In this document: positions 1 to 9,948 of the stretch, piece by piece | Layout of the letters: every line of letters begins with the position of its first letter | Position numbering within the stretch: position 1 is the stretch's first letter | IMG/VR virus record: IMGVR_UViG_3300033997_000035 | Location: 1 to 64,000 of that record | Source: a virus | Length of the DNA stretch: 64,000 bases | Direction: 5' to 3' (one strand) | Made by a program: the position numbers and the translations under genes | The notes under the pieces: generated by a model | The model's input: only the letters and a program-made list of their open reading frames with translations | What the model was told of the DNA's origin: nothing | The model's database searches: none

Positions 1-1261
1 GTCTATTCTCTCATCTCACAAGGATAATCAGTTGCTACAAGAGTGTTTCCGTTTAGCATATTCACCAACTGTGCAATTCTACATTAAGAACATCCGTGAC
101 GGATGGCAGCACTTTGAGGAATACCCTTTTGTAACACATGACGTCTTGGATATGCTAACACACCTCAGCACTCGTCAATTCACTGGTAATGCTGCAATGG
201 AACTTCTGGTTGATACCCTATCGGCTATCGATTATCGTGCAGCGGAGGTTGTTTGTCGCATTATTAAGAAGGATTTAAGGTGCGGTGTTGGGCAATCTAC
301 CATCAATAAAGTGTGGAAGGATTTAATCGTAACCCCGCCTCGCAAGGGCGCTGTAAGTATGTCAGAGAAGGCTCTGTCTAAGATTAAATACCCCGCTGCT
401 ATCGAACTGAAGTCGGACGGTAGTTACTGTGCTTCTGTGTGTAGCAGTGATGGTGTGACAATGATGTCACGCAATGGAAATCCTATTACTGGATTAACCC
501 TACTGGAGAGTGAATTGTCTAATCCAGCATTTGAAGGGTTTGCACTAGAAGGTGAGCTTGTGTACGACCTGACTAAAGGGACTCGTGAGTTTGGTAACGG
601 TATTATCGGTAAGGTAATCAAAGGGACTGCCACACAAGAGGAATGTGATGGTGTCTATTACCAAGTCTGGGATTGTATTGACACTAACTATTATCAACCT
701 AAAGGAGAATATCCATTCACCAACACTGAAAGACGTAACCTACTTGAAATTATGATTCAAGAGAGTGGTTGTGAACGTATCAAACTAATTCCTCGCACCA
801 TCGTGAACTCATTTGACGAAGCTAATAGTGTGTTTGAGGGTTATGTTCGTGCTGGATTTGAAGGTGCTATCCTCAAACAACTTAATACTTATTGGGTAGA
901 TAATGGCAAGCCTGTGGATTGTGTCAAAATGAAAAGGAAGGACACTGCTGACTTGGAAATTGTTGGCATGTATGAAGGTGAAGGGAAGGCTGCTGGTAAA
1001 CTTGGTGGATTGCTGCTAGAATCTGATTGTGGTGATATCAAAGTGTCTTGTGGTAGCGGATTTTCCGATGAGCAACGAGAAATTTTTTGGAATGATAAAA
1101 ATATTGTTGGCAAAGTCGTAGAAGTAGAGTATGATTCTATCACACAGGATAAGAAAACTGGGCAACATAGTTTGTTCTTACCTATCTTCAAAGGTATTCG
1201 AGTGGATAAGATGGTTGCCGACACCAAGGTTGAGATTGAGAGTAAACAAAAACTAAAATAA
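1..1261 (+). CDS. ATP-dependent DNA ligase (frame open to the window edge, probably 5'-truncated by the window)
   Basis: ORF 32..1261 has no in-frame stop back to nt 2. Motif I AIELKSDGS (KxDG), motif III FALEGELV, motif IV EGAILK, motif V CVKMKRK. Confidence 0.85.
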   Translation, partial: SILSSHKDNQLLQECFRLAYSPTVQFYIKNIRDGWQHFEEYPFVTHDVLDMLTHLSTRQFTGNAAMELLVDTLSAIDYRAAEVVCRIIKKDLRCGVGQSTINKVWKDLIVTPPRKGAVSMSEKALSKIKYPAAIELKSDGSYCASVCSSDGVTMMSRNGNPITGLTLLESELSNPAFEGFALEGELVYDLTKGTREFGNGIIGKVIKGTATQEECDGVYYQVWDCIDTNYYQPKGEYPFTNTERRNLLEIMIQESGCERIKLIPRTIVNSFDEANSVFEGYVRAGFEGAILKQLNTYWVDNGKPVDCVKMKRKDTADLEIVGMYEGEGKAAGKLGGLLLESDCGDIKVSCGSGFSDEQREIFWNDKNIVGKVVEVEYDSITQDKKTGQHSLFLPIFKGIRVDKMVADTKVEIESKQKLK

Positions 1262-1270
1262 GGAGATGTA

Positions 1271-1420
1271 ATGGAAGTAGTAGATACGAATTTTGAATAC
1301 ACGGGTGCATTATCTGTTGGACTGGTAGACTTGTGTGATTATGAAACATGCCTTACGCACGAAGAATATGTATTAACTGAAGATGTGGATTTTGCAATCA
1401 TTATTAATAACCTAAACTAA
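1271..1420 (+). CDS. hypothetical small acidic protein (49 aa)
   Basis: ATG 5 nt after AGGAG, fills the gap between the ligase gene and the next gene; below the ORF-track cutoff. Confidence 0.4.
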   Translation: MEVVDTNFEYTGALSVGLVDLCDYETCLTHEEYVLTEDVDFAIIINNLN

Positions 1421-1430
1421 GGAGAATATT

Positions 1431-2213
1431 ATGGAGATGAATAATCTCAGAGTTAAACCATTTTACATTCAGCATGAAGATTGGATGACTGATCAAGAAG
1501 TGCAGCGAGTGTTGGATAATGCTGTCAGTGTCGGTGTGACACGTTGTCGTGGTGTGGCGGGTTTAGATAAGGAAGCTGATTACCCATTCACACCTTCAAT
1601 CTGGCGGTATTTCGTGGTAGACGGTGAAAATAATACCCGATGCTTTGACAATGTTGTATATTTCGGAAAAGACGCCGTCCTCCTCACACTAGACCAAGTT
1701 GACGAACACCTAGGGTTGACTAAACCTGAATCTGTTACCAACCTTGTTACCAATACACCAAAATCACTTGCTAATGTGAAATTAGATTGCCGCAAGCCAG
1801 ATGGTAGTATTGATGAGGAATTGTCTCGGGCATTCCAAGAAGCTTGCTTTGAACAAGGTATTGGTTGGGAGGATGAATTTGAAAATATTGAAATTCAGGA
1901 GGGGTGTTATTTCCTATACACTGGACACGAAATGTTGTTATATTCTGATGAGAATGATCGTACAGACTTTGAAGCTGAACCAGAGACGGAAATCAAATTC
2001 ACATATGAACGTAAGCTTGTATGGGATTATGAAATCGTTGCTAAGGAAGAACCCGTTGAACGTAAAGTAGTCACTATTGGTGGCGTTGAATATTACGAGG
2101 ACATGATTGCTCCGATGTTGGAAGATATGCAATCTGCCAAAGTTGTGTCAGGTGATAATGTGGTTTCGCCAATGGCAGGAAGCGGGAACCCGCCAGACAA
2201 AAAGGATAACTAG
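1431..2213 (+). CDS. hypothetical protein
   Basis: 260-aa ORF with AAGGAG RBS upstream, co-directional packing, TAG stop. Confidence 0.6.
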   Translation: MEMNNLRVKPFYIQHEDWMTDQEVQRVLDNAVSVGVTRCRGVAGLDKEADYPFTPSIWRYFVVDGENNTRCFDNVVYFGKDAVLLTLDQVDEHLGLTKPESVTNLVTNTPKSLANVKLDCRKPDGSIDEELSRAFQEACFEQGIGWEDEFENIEIQEGCYFLYTGHEMLLYSDENDRTDFEAEPETEIKFTYERKLVWDYEIVAKEEPVERKVVTIGGVEYYEDMIAPMLEDMQSAKVVSGDNVVSPMAGSGNPPDKKDN

Positions 2214-2215
2214 AA

Positions 2216-2710
2216 ATGTTTATGGTGTTGCCTATAGAAAATTGGGCAATCCTATATAAGTTGTTCATGGTGATGACCGCAGTGTTTCACCCGAATGTCC
2301 AGATACGTAAGTTTTGTATCTGGTTTTCTGCCAGTTGGGTGGTAACGGGATTTACCAAGGCATATTATCTTGATGGTGGTAGTTGGTTCATGATGCAAAC
2401 AGTTCATGAGTTGATTACCATCCTCTTGGTAATTTCCTTCCTAAGCACCATGAAATTAACAAAGGTTATTATCTTAACACAGGCAATATTCTTTGTTGGG
2501 TTGAATACCCTGCAATGGCAGACACTTACGGATTGGTTTATGCCGCCAGATAGATACATTTGGTGGAATATGGTAGGTTTTGAACTTATATTATTTAGTC
2601 TGTGGGGGAGGCATGAAGTGCTTCTGTCAATCAAGAAGCATTGGACATTTGAGAATGTTACTATGGTGTATATCATCACCTTAATTATCCTGCTTGCAGG
2701 GAACTACTAA
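2216..2710 (+). CDS. integral membrane protein (4-5 TM segments)
   Basis: Hydrophobic stretches throughout the 164-aa ORF; tightly packed after the upstream stop. Confidence 0.6.
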   Translation: MFMVLPIENWAILYKLFMVMTAVFHPNVQIRKFCIWFSASWVVTGFTKAYYLDGGSWFMMQTVHELITILLVISFLSTMKLTKVIILTQAIFFVGLNTLQWQTLTDWFMPPDRYIWWNMVGFELILFSLWGRHEVLLSIKKHWTFENVTMVYIITLIILLAGNY

Positions 2711-2721
2711 AAGGAAACAAT

Positions 2722-3240
2722 ATGAAATACTTGATTATAACAGCTCTCCTGTTATGTAGCTTTTCATCCTCAGCTAATTATGTGCTTGAGACTATAGATA
2801 TTGTATCTAAAGATGAAATCTGTGGTGACAGGGTTAAAGTTGGTGATACAATCACTGTTCTAAGTAATGGTGGTGAGTTAAAGGAGGCACACTTAGCTGA
2901 TAAATGTATTCGTGATAAGAAAATTAAGCTTGTTATAATGAAGGCATTATCAGCAGCCAGTTACCTATCCCTATTCAGTGATGACGTGTGTCTATTATCC
3001 AGTAGTGATATTGGAACGCATACACCATACTTAGACCCTAGGAATGTCAAGGTGGATGAAACTCGGGATATTCTTAGGGCGGTATTTATGACACTAGTAG
3101 ATGATGCTAAGATTGAAGCTAAACATTCGTTACAATACGTTGGGTTCATGTTCTTGATTCCATCTACAGAGATGGGCTCTATACCACATGAGATGTTTAT
3201 TGAGATACTTGGTAACAAATACAAAGGAGTGTGCAAATGA
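2722..3240 (+). CDS. secreted/periplasmic hypothetical protein
   Basis: N-terminal signal peptide MKYLIITALLLCSFSSSA; AGGAAA RBS. Confidence 0.6.
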   Translation: MKYLIITALLLCSFSSSANYVLETIDIVSKDEICGDRVKVGDTITVLSNGGELKEAHLADKCIRDKKIKLVIMKALSAASYLSLFSDDVCLLSSSDIGTHTPYLDPRNVKVDETRDILRAVFMTLVDDAKIEAKHSLQYVGFMFLIPSTEMGSIPHEMFIEILGNKYKGVCK

Positions 3241-3569
3241 GTTTATTAGTATACAACTCTCACACAGACTTATGTGCACGATATAAGGAGTTTGACATCA
3301 CAGAGTTGATTACAGACTCCACACCTCCTAAATTTGAAGGGGATGTATCGTTCATACTAGATACTTGTGTGAGATTGAAAGGGTTGAATAAGATTCACTC
3401 TGATAGGTATCGCAGCACTAAAGTGATTGACTTATCTTTAGGTAATGATATAGTGTTCTCACAGTATGACGCTGAGGGATATATTATTGTGACTAAATCT
3501 GTGCACTCGGATACAGTAGATGTTTTATTGAAGCGTTATAGTGTGCATGGTGTGTTGGTGGAGGTGTAA
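3237..3569 (+). CDS. hypothetical protein
   Basis: ATG 7 nt after AGGAG (3225-3229), overlaps the upstream stop (ATGA). Confidence 0.55.
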   Translation: MSLLVYNSHTDLCARYKEFDITELITDSTPPKFEGDVSFILDTCVRLKGLNKIHSDRYRSTKVIDLSLGNDIVFSQYDAEGYIIVTKSVHSDTVDVLLKRYSVHGVLVEV

Positions 3570-3571
3570 TC

Positions 3572-3775
3572 GTGGAAGAAAGAGTAATGATGATTAGCCA
3601 CAATAAAATTCTCAACGAGGAGAAGACATCTGGCCCACACGTTAAGCGTAAAATTGACAAGTGGGTTCAGAGACAAAGGTCTGAGTCTGCCCTCGGATAC
3701 ATAACGTGGAGCACACGTCCTCTCACACCAGAGGAAGAATTGTTACCAACCGCTAGTTATATTTTAGGAGATTGA
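3572..3775 (+). CDS. hypothetical protein
   Basis: GTG start 6 nt after GGAGG; 67-aa ORF. Confidence 0.45.
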   Translation: MEERVMMISHNKILNEEKTSGPHVKRKIDKWVQRQRSESALGYITWSTRPLTPEEELLPTASYILGD

Positions 3776-3776
3776 C

Positions 3777-4091
3777 ATGACACAAATACCAAAACCCCTT
3801 GCAGTGGACGAACTTAAAGTTGGTATGCAAGTATATAACCCTGTAACTCAATGTATGCAGAAGGTAACTGATGTTGTCTCCTATGGAGAGACTACGTTAT
3901 TCTCCTTGGATGGATTGCAACACGGGCTGTATAATGGTGTGTATCGCACAGAGGAAGACCATGCAATCGTCCGTCGATGTAATAAGATGGCTAGGGTTAT
4001 TGGTAATACATTCGAATTCGGCGACATTCCTGCTGGTATTGCAGTCGAGGAGTTGGAAACTATTTGCAATATCCTCGATAAATATACTTGA
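3777..4091 (+). CDS. hypothetical protein
   Basis: 104-aa ORF immediately after the upstream stop. Confidence 0.55.
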   Translation: MTQIPKPLAVDELKVGMQVYNPVTQCMQKVTDVVSYGETTLFSLDGLQHGLYNGVYRTEEDHAIVRRCNKMARVIGNTFEFGDIPAGIAVEELETICNILDKYT

Positions 4092-4116
4092 CATTACAAT
4101 TTAACCACACTAGAAT
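4088..4116 (+). promoter_or_regulatory. sigma70-type promoter TTGACA-N17-TAGAAT
   Basis: TTGACA at 4088-4093, TAGAAT at 4111-4116, about 37 nt upstream of the recombinase start. Confidence 0.6.
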
Positions 4117-4152
4117 ACCTCCATTGATTAAGTTCTTTGGAGGTATTATTTT

Positions 4153-4857
4153 ATGAAGGTTGTAATCTATCGTCGTTTATCTAAAGAAGATAAGGTTAAA
4201 ACCCAGCACGGGTTTGACTCCCAGATGGCAGACATAAATTATTATCTAGCCACGTTACCAAATCATGAAGTTGTGGGGGACTTCTACGAATTCATTTCTG
4301 GTGCTGCCGACAATAAACCAGAATTGCAGAAGGCAATGAAAATTTGCCGTGAACAAAAGGCTATATTAGTTGTTGCCAAACTTGACCGTCTATCTCGTAG
4401 GGTATCACAAATTGCCCAATATATGGAGAGTGATGTCAAGTTTAGAGTGGCTAGAATGCCAAATGCTGAGAACTTACAATTACACATATTTGCGAGTTTG
4501 GCAGAGGCTGAGAGGAAGGATCTTCGTGACAGGACTAAACGTGCATGTGCAGTAGCTAAAGCCAAAGGTATACGTAGTGGTCGTGCATCACCTAATTATG
4601 GAATGAACTCTGGTAATGGACAGAAGGCCGTAGAAAGTGTGCTAAAAGCTCGTAGGGAGCAAGCTAAGGCTAAAACTGAGTATGTTGTGCCACATATACA
4701 CACAGCATTAAAGTATCTTGGTAAGCGCCCTACGCAAGCTAAAGTGGCACAGTTTCTCAATGATGCTAATGTGCCTACGCCTAATGGTAAAAATGTGTGG
4801 ACACAATCTGCTGTGTGTCGTATACTGGATAAACATAACATTAATTTATTTGCGTAG
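4153..4857 (+). CDS. small serine recombinase (resolvase/invertase family)
   Basis: N-terminal VVIYRRLSKED (catalytic Ser context), LVVAKLDRLSRR motif, basic C-terminal DNA-binding region. Confidence 0.75.
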   Translation: MKVVIYRRLSKEDKVKTQHGFDSQMADINYYLATLPNHEVVGDFYEFISGAADNKPELQKAMKICREQKAILVVAKLDRLSRRVSQIAQYMESDVKFRVARMPNAENLQLHIFASLAEAERKDLRDRTKRACAVAKAKGIRSGRASPNYGMNSGNGQKAVESVLKARREQAKAKTEYVVPHIHTALKYLGKRPTQAKVAQFLNDANVPTPNGKNVWTQSAVCRILDKHNINLFA

Positions 4858-4867
4858 GAGAATAACT

Positions 4868-5038
4868 ATGTGGTATCAAATTAGAAAACTGATCGCCAAG
4901 TGGAAGTATCGTAAAGTTCCAGACGACTTATGTGGTTGTGGTGTGATGATGGGTGAACACGGTATAGATTACAGCCATACACCAATAGATATCAAACAAT
5001 ATTACATTGAACAATACGCTAAAGGAGAAAGTAAATGA
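4868..5038 (+). CDS. hypothetical small protein (56 aa)
   Basis: ATG after the AGGAGAATAAC spacer; the long 4718 start in the track overlaps the recombinase gene and is unlikely. Confidence 0.45.
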   Translation: MWYQIRKLIAKWKYRKVPDDLCGCGVMMGEHGIDYSHTPIDIKQYYIEQYAKGESK

Positions 5039-5406
5039 TGGCTAATACAAAATTTAATCGGCAAGCTGGAGTAGGTGCGTTGTTAGGTCTAGGTAGTATT
5101 GCACTATCTTGGTTATTCCCCGAATCTATCGCCCCTGTTGTATACCAGTGGCTTGCTTGGGGTGTTACAGGTATAACCTTAATTGTTGGTATATTTGCTC
5201 TCATTGGTGCACTATGCACCCCTCGTGGAGAATTACCTGTCATTAATATAAAGGAGTTATTGTTGGTGACGCTTTATATAGGATTGCACTACTTTACGAT
5301 GAATAACTTTGGGTATAATTACTTGTTAATTACCTACATAGTTTCAATGACAATTGTGGTGTTAGCACTACTTCTATCTATATTCAGGAAGGGAGGATTA
5401 AAATGA
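5035..5406 (+). CDS. integral membrane protein
   Basis: Four hydrophobic helices; ATGA overlap with the upstream gene. Confidence 0.6.
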   Translation: MMANTKFNRQAGVGALLGLGSIALSWLFPESIAPVVYQWLAWGVTGITLIVGIFALIGALCTPRGELPVINIKELLLVTLYIGLHYFTMNNFGYNYLLITYIVSMTIVVLALLLSIFRKGGLK

Positions 5407-5744
5407 AAACCTTACTCCTGCTAACACTCACAACATTCTCATCCCTAGCATCTGAAACTTGCTACACAGATACCTTCGGAAACACACGTTGTAAGAGTGA
5501 GGGTAAAGTTGTGACAGAATATAAATCCACATCGCGTAATGATGTAGTTGACAACTCACATATTCTTGGTGTAAAGTCTACTACAGAAGGCGATATTAAC
5601 AGAGTTGACACCACTGGGACTACCCGTGATGTGGAAGGTAACAAGTGGAAAACTAATACTATCGGCAATACACATGGTGTCACCAAAGATGGTGAGAAAA
5701 TAGTATGTCATCGTGACACAATTGGTGTGTTACGTTGTAAATAA
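5403..5744 (+). CDS. secreted hypothetical protein
   Basis: Signal peptide MKTLLLLTLTTFSSLAS; ATGA overlap with the upstream gene. Confidence 0.6.
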   Translation: MKTLLLLTLTTFSSLASETCYTDTFGNTRCKSEGKVVTEYKSTSRNDVVDNSHILGVKSTTEGDINRVDTTGTTRDVEGNKWKTNTIGNTHGVTKDGEKIVCHRDTIGVLRCK

Positions 5745-5759
5745 TTAGGAGGAAATAAC

Positions 5760-6245
5760 ATGAGCATAGAAGATAAATACCCCTTTAATATCAATCTAGA
5801 GGATTCTTGGCTCGCCTACGATATTCAGAAATTTAATGAAGTTAGAAATAACTATCAAGTCGCACTACGTGATTTAAACAGTATTGAATGGGAGAAGGAT
5901 AAGCCTGTTGCTGTTAAATCGTTTGTGGTACAGTATGATTGTGCTAACGACCCACATTACTTGGCAGGTTTCTGGAAGGAAATTGCTGATTATATTGACA
6001 GTAAAGAGTCTGACACTTGGGAGTTTTCCAGACTGGAAAACGAGGAGATTGACGTAAACGACGATCATTACGAAGACTACGAAATGTTGACTACCAAGTA
6101 CACAGTTTATGCTACACTGTCAGGGGATAAACCTAATCCAGAAGAAACTGAGGAGTATGGGGCGCAACTAAGTTCGGTAGACCACTACCACAAAGAGTTG
6201 ATGCAGATTAAGGCTCGTTTAGACCGCAAACTTAAAGGAGAATGA
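5760..6245 (+). CDS. hypothetical acidic protein
   Basis: 161-aa ORF with AGGAGG RBS. Confidence 0.6.
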   Translation: MSIEDKYPFNINLEDSWLAYDIQKFNEVRNNYQVALRDLNSIEWEKDKPVAVKSFVVQYDCANDPHYLAGFWKEIADYIDSKESDTWEFSRLENEEIDVNDDHYEDYEMLTTKYTVYATLSGDKPNPEETEEYGAQLSSVDHYHKELMQIKARLDRKLKGE

Positions 6246-6246
6246 T

Positions 6247-7305
6247 ATGAGTCCACAAACACAGAAATTAGAATTAGTGGCCTACCGTAGCAAGAAAGGG
6301 TTGTATTATGCAACCACCAAATGGAACTACCGTAGGGAACGTGAGAGCATCTATAATGTAGACACAGTGAACGGCAAACCTCTAACCAAGAGTGAACATC
6401 GCGATGACTGGTATTTCTTAGAAGGAGAGGACACAATCACGTCCATTAAGAAACGTGTCCACGGTGGCTATGGTGCAGCAGCTTGGGTGCTACGAGATGA
6501 CTCTACTTTCATCGAAGGTGTTATTCCTAAAGTAGTTACACCAGAAGATGCTGATGAAATTAAAGATAGCGACGGGGATTTCTACTTTGGTTCTGGTAGT
6601 AAGTATTACTCCTATCGTGGACTCTACAAACGTGTTCGCGAGGAACTACCTTACGTTTTTGTAGATGTGGAGTTTCAAGTAGACTACAAAGGGACTATTG
6701 AGCATAGCTTGATTGAAAACAATTACAAGGATGCTAAGATTACCTTAATCCAAGGTTCTGGTTGGACAGAGAAACCTACAGAGGCTAAACTATCCGATAT
6801 CACGCATTACTATGAACTAGAGGAGTTGTTGACACCAGATTTGGTTATCCACAATCGTCCTTGCTACATTGGTAGTGATACAACATTTGCTATCGTGCGT
6901 AACCATATCAAGAAGAATATCAACCCCAAGTATGCACGTGTGACTAGCGATTATAATTTCTGTTTCACTGTGAAGAAACGTGTGCAGATTAAGCCCTATG
7001 TTTACAAAACTGAAATTAAGAAAAGTAACGGGCGTAGTTACGCCAAACCACAATTCAAGTCTCAAACTATTGAAGCTAAGGAAGTGGAAATCTTCGAGAT
7101 GTGTCCTAGCAAGAAGTATCAAGACTACACACCAATTGCGGGATTCAAGGGTGAAAACTTGGCTGACTTGGTGGAGAACATTAAGCTATACTTAGACCAT
7201 CTTATGGATGTAATTAATGCACCTGTGCATGAGTGTGAGCATTGTGGTGGTTTGGGTTGCACAATTGAGAAGGTTGAATACATGAATGAACGTGGAGGTA
7301 AATAG
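6247..7305 (+). CDS. hypothetical protein with C-terminal CxxC cluster
   Basis: 352-aa ORF; C-terminal HECEHCGGLGC. Confidence 0.65.
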   Translation: MSPQTQKLELVAYRSKKGLYYATTKWNYRRERESIYNVDTVNGKPLTKSEHRDDWYFLEGEDTITSIKKRVHGGYGAAAWVLRDDSTFIEGVIPKVVTPEDADEIKDSDGDFYFGSGSKYYSYRGLYKRVREELPYVFVDVEFQVDYKGTIEHSLIENNYKDAKITLIQGSGWTEKPTEAKLSDITHYYELEELLTPDLVIHNRPCYIGSDTTFAIVRNHIKKNINPKYARVTSDYNFCFTVKKRVQIKPYVYKTEIKKSNGRSYAKPQFKSQTIEAKEVEIFEMCPSKKYQDYTPIAGFKGENLADLVENIKLYLDHLMDVINAPVHECEHCGGLGCTIEKVEYMNERGGK

Positions 7306-7306
7306 T

Positions 7307-7633
7307 ATGAAAACATTAGCACAATTGCTTATTGAATATAATATCAAACACGGGTATGATGTATCAATGGACGGGTTACGTGAAGCACTATTAGAATGCT
7401 TCCCTACCAAATGGCAAGGTGATTCTATAGAATATCGCTGGCGTGTAGATGAGTCTCGTGTTGTGGAGATTATGGATGGTAACGCACCCAGATACTTCAA
7501 GTTTACGGTGTGTTCCTATTCTGGCGAGAACAGTTGGGAAGATGCAGGGTTCTATTGGCAAACCTTCGATGAGATGGTTGAAGTGGAACCAAAGGAAGTG
7601 AGAAGTATTGTATGGGTAGCTAAAGGAGAATAA
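7307..7633 (+). CDS. hypothetical protein
   Basis: ATG at 7307 directly after the upstream TAG; the earlier in-frame start overlaps the upstream gene. Confidence 0.55.
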   Translation: MKTLAQLLIEYNIKHGYDVSMDGLREALLECFPTKWQGDSIEYRWRVDESRVVEIMDGNAPRYFKFTVCSYSGENSWEDAGFYWQTFDEMVEVEPKEVRSIVWVAKGE

Positions 7634-7634
7634 T

Positions 7635-8117
7635 ATGAAACACAAACATTATGATAAAATTGTTGCTAAAGCTGCCAACATGAATTTGGTAGTATTCTGT
7701 AGGGATGCATATCACGTAGAGGAGGGTTGGTTTGAAACTCATAACCTCCCAATTCAAGATGAGTTTGACTACTACCTCTGCCTCCCACAACATAAGGAAG
7801 CTTGTCTGGCGTGGTTGAATGGTGCCAATATTAATTTTACATCCGATGTTTGGTCTGATGTGGTTGCCGAGGTCAAAGCCCAGTCACTAAAAGAGGGTTT
7901 CCTCTTAGGGTATAAACAGTGTGGTATGGGTATCGACCAAGGTTCAGCACCACAATGCATTCTTAATTTAGGGGATAATTTAGGGGACGCTAGTATGACA
8001 CAAGCACAAAAAGCGGCTTTAAAGAAGTCGGAAGCGTTAAAACGTCTTGGTAAAGCTGGCAATGCAAAACAGTTAGCTGACAACTTGCAACGGACTCTTC
8101 AGACTCTCACAAGGTAA
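7635..8117 (+). CDS. hypothetical protein
   Basis: 160-aa ORF with AGGAG RBS. Confidence 0.55.
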   Translation: MKHKHYDKIVAKAANMNLVVFCRDAYHVEEGWFETHNLPIQDEFDYYLCLPQHKEACLAWLNGANINFTSDVWSDVVAEVKAQSLKEGFLLGYKQCGMGIDQGSAPQCILNLGDNLGDASMTQAQKAALKKSEALKRLGKAGNAKQLADNLQRTLQTLTR

Positions 8118-8241
8118 TTGGGCATAACAACCCATATACTAGGACAGATACTATTATTAGATCCGCAAAACAAGACGATGGTGAATGTTTGAACGAGTAT
8201 GTTGATGACATTATTTATTTACATTGTGGGCAGGAGGTATT

Positions 8242-8430
8242 ATGAAATTTGTAGCAACATACACATCATGTGTTCAGGTCGGGATTGACACCTTTAATGA
8301 TAAGAGTGTTAGTAAAGTTTTTGACTACTCAAAATCAATGCAGGATGTAATGGACTGGTTGGGAAGTATTGGTGTCAAGAACCCTACACTTTCAGATGTT
8401 AGACTATCAGAACTAATGGAGGATTTATGA
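8242..8430 (+). CDS. hypothetical protein
   Basis: ATG 6 nt after GGAGG (8231-8236). Confidence 0.5.
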   Translation: MKFVATYTSCVQVGIDTFNDKSVSKVFDYSKSMQDVMDWLGSIGVKNPTLSDVRLSELMEDL

Positions 8431-8603
8431 CACAATATGTAATGTTCCAATCAACACCAGAGGTGGAGAAGGCTATTATTTATGACCTTACACCAAACAA
8501 GGTGTATGAGGTTGTAGCTGATATTATTCTCGACGATGACGATTGTAGCATAGAAATAATTCCCCAGAATATGATTATCCATGCCCACATCTCGGAGGGG
8601 TAG
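8427..8603 (+). CDS. hypothetical small protein (58 aa)
   Basis: ATGA overlap with the upstream stop; below the ORF-track cutoff. Confidence 0.4.
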   Translation: MTQYVMFQSTPEVEKAIIYDLTPNKVYEVVADIILDDDDCSIEIIPQNMIIHAHISEG

Positions 8604-8659
8604 CACAATGACAATACTGTGATGTAGATGGGAATTTACTTTAATTAACAGGAGGAAAC

Positions 8660-8872
8660 ATGGATAAAATTAAATTAACACAAGAGCAATACAAATATCT
8701 TGGTATCGGTAATGCAGCTAGTATACTACTGAGCATGGAGGATTTCCTCAATGAGCTTGTATCAGCACTAGATGACGATGAGGCTTCAGGATTATGTGAT
8801 GCATTGTTGGATAGAGTGAATACAGTCTATGAGGAAGCGTCTGGTATTGTCCAATTTGATGTGGAAGGTTAA
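8660..8872 (+). CDS. hypothetical acidic protein
   Basis: AGGAGG RBS; 70 aa. Confidence 0.5.
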   Translation: MDKIKLTQEQYKYLGIGNAASILLSMEDFLNELVSALDDDEASGLCDALLDRVNTVYEEASGIVQFDVEG

Positions 8873-8883
8873 TAGGGGAACTT

Positions 8884-9078
8884 ATGGTATACACAACACC
8901 AGATGACTGTAAGAGTGCATTAGGTAAGAGGATGCAATATTGGCGTTCAGAAAGGCCAGATGAGTGGCTGATGGATGAGTTTATTGCTGAAGTGGAAGAT
9001 ATGTATGAGGAGATTAAGAAGCTAGAATTTATGGTTGAGAATGGGTTGGGGTATGAAGACCTCATACAAGATGTTTAA
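8884..9078 (+). CDS. hypothetical protein
   Basis: 64-aa ORF with a GGGGAA RBS-like sequence. Confidence 0.5.
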   Translation: MVYTTPDDCKSALGKRMQYWRSERPDEWLMDEFIAEVEDMYEEIKKLEFMVENGLGYEDLIQDV

Positions 9079-9098
9079 GGTAGATTAAGGAGCTAATT

Positions 9099-9515
9099 AT
9101 GAATTTCGTAGAGTATGTGGAAACAAAGTATAAAGACTACCCAGAGGAGACTTCAATCTCCCTGATTAAAGCTTATTGCAAGTATGCTGCCAGTAATGAC
9201 CACTTGTTATTCGAAGAACACATTAAAGAAAACTTCAACAATGCCTTCGGAGAGGATAAGTGGGATGATTATGTAGAGGCTAAGAAGATTGCAAAGGTAT
9301 TAAGTGGTGAAGCGAAGGAAGTGTTACGTCAAATCGTTAAAAAGCCTACATTCGATGGTGATGTTGTCAGTAAAGCAGGTAAGTCTGAGTTATTCAAACA
9401 CAAACTTATTCTACGCATATGCAACAATAATGAATTTGGGGATAATGCTGCCAATTACCTAGGTTGGTTGGTTTACGAGGAGATAATTAAAAATGAGTGT
9501 ACAATGTATGAATAA
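9099..9515 (+). CDS. hypothetical protein
   Basis: 138-aa ORF with AAGGAG RBS. Confidence 0.55.
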   Translation: MNFVEYVETKYKDYPEETSISLIKAYCKYAASNDHLLFEEHIKENFNNAFGEDKWDDYVEAKKIAKVLSGEAKEVLRQIVKKPTFDGDVVSKAGKSELFKHKLILRICNNNEFGDNAANYLGWLVYEEIIKNECTMYE

Positions 9516-9858
9516 AATAGACCAGTATGTAATCTTAGAGAAGGGTGGGACTTATCACTTTAGCCCTAATCATCCCTCCACTTATGTAGATATCGTAGGT
9601 GGCGTTAATTGTGTGAATGTTATTACCAAAAGTTCATCAGTAAGTACTGACGAAGTATTAAACACATTAGTAGCTGGCTTATGTGACGCTGCATACCGAG
9701 ATGAACAAGCAGATGGACTGGACTTATCTGCTGGGTTGTATGGATTGGCAACAACAGAATGGATTAAGAACATTGCTGCTAAGATACATCACAACAATGT
9801 TCAGATTAAGAAGCTACAAGAGGAATTGACAGCTTTGGGTTATCCTGTAACGATGTAA
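9493..9858 (+). CDS. hypothetical protein
   Basis: 121-aa ORF overlapping the upstream 3' end. Confidence 0.5.
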   Translation: MSVQCMNKIDQYVILEKGGTYHFSPNHPSTYVDIVGGVNCVNVITKSSSVSTDEVLNTLVAGLCDAAYRDEQADGLDLSAGLYGLATTEWIKNIAAKIHHNNVQIKKLQEELTALGYPVTM

Positions 9859-9897
9859 CATACTTAAATTTGTAGTGTCTATTCACACTGCTAACAC

Positions 9898-9929
9898 AAC
9901 CCCCATAGGGGCGATTCTGTGGGGTTTTA
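9898..9929 (+). terminator. candidate intrinsic terminator
   Basis: AACCCC...GGGGTT stem followed by TTTTA. Confidence 0.45.
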
Positions 9930-9948
9930 TCAACAACAAGGAGAAAAC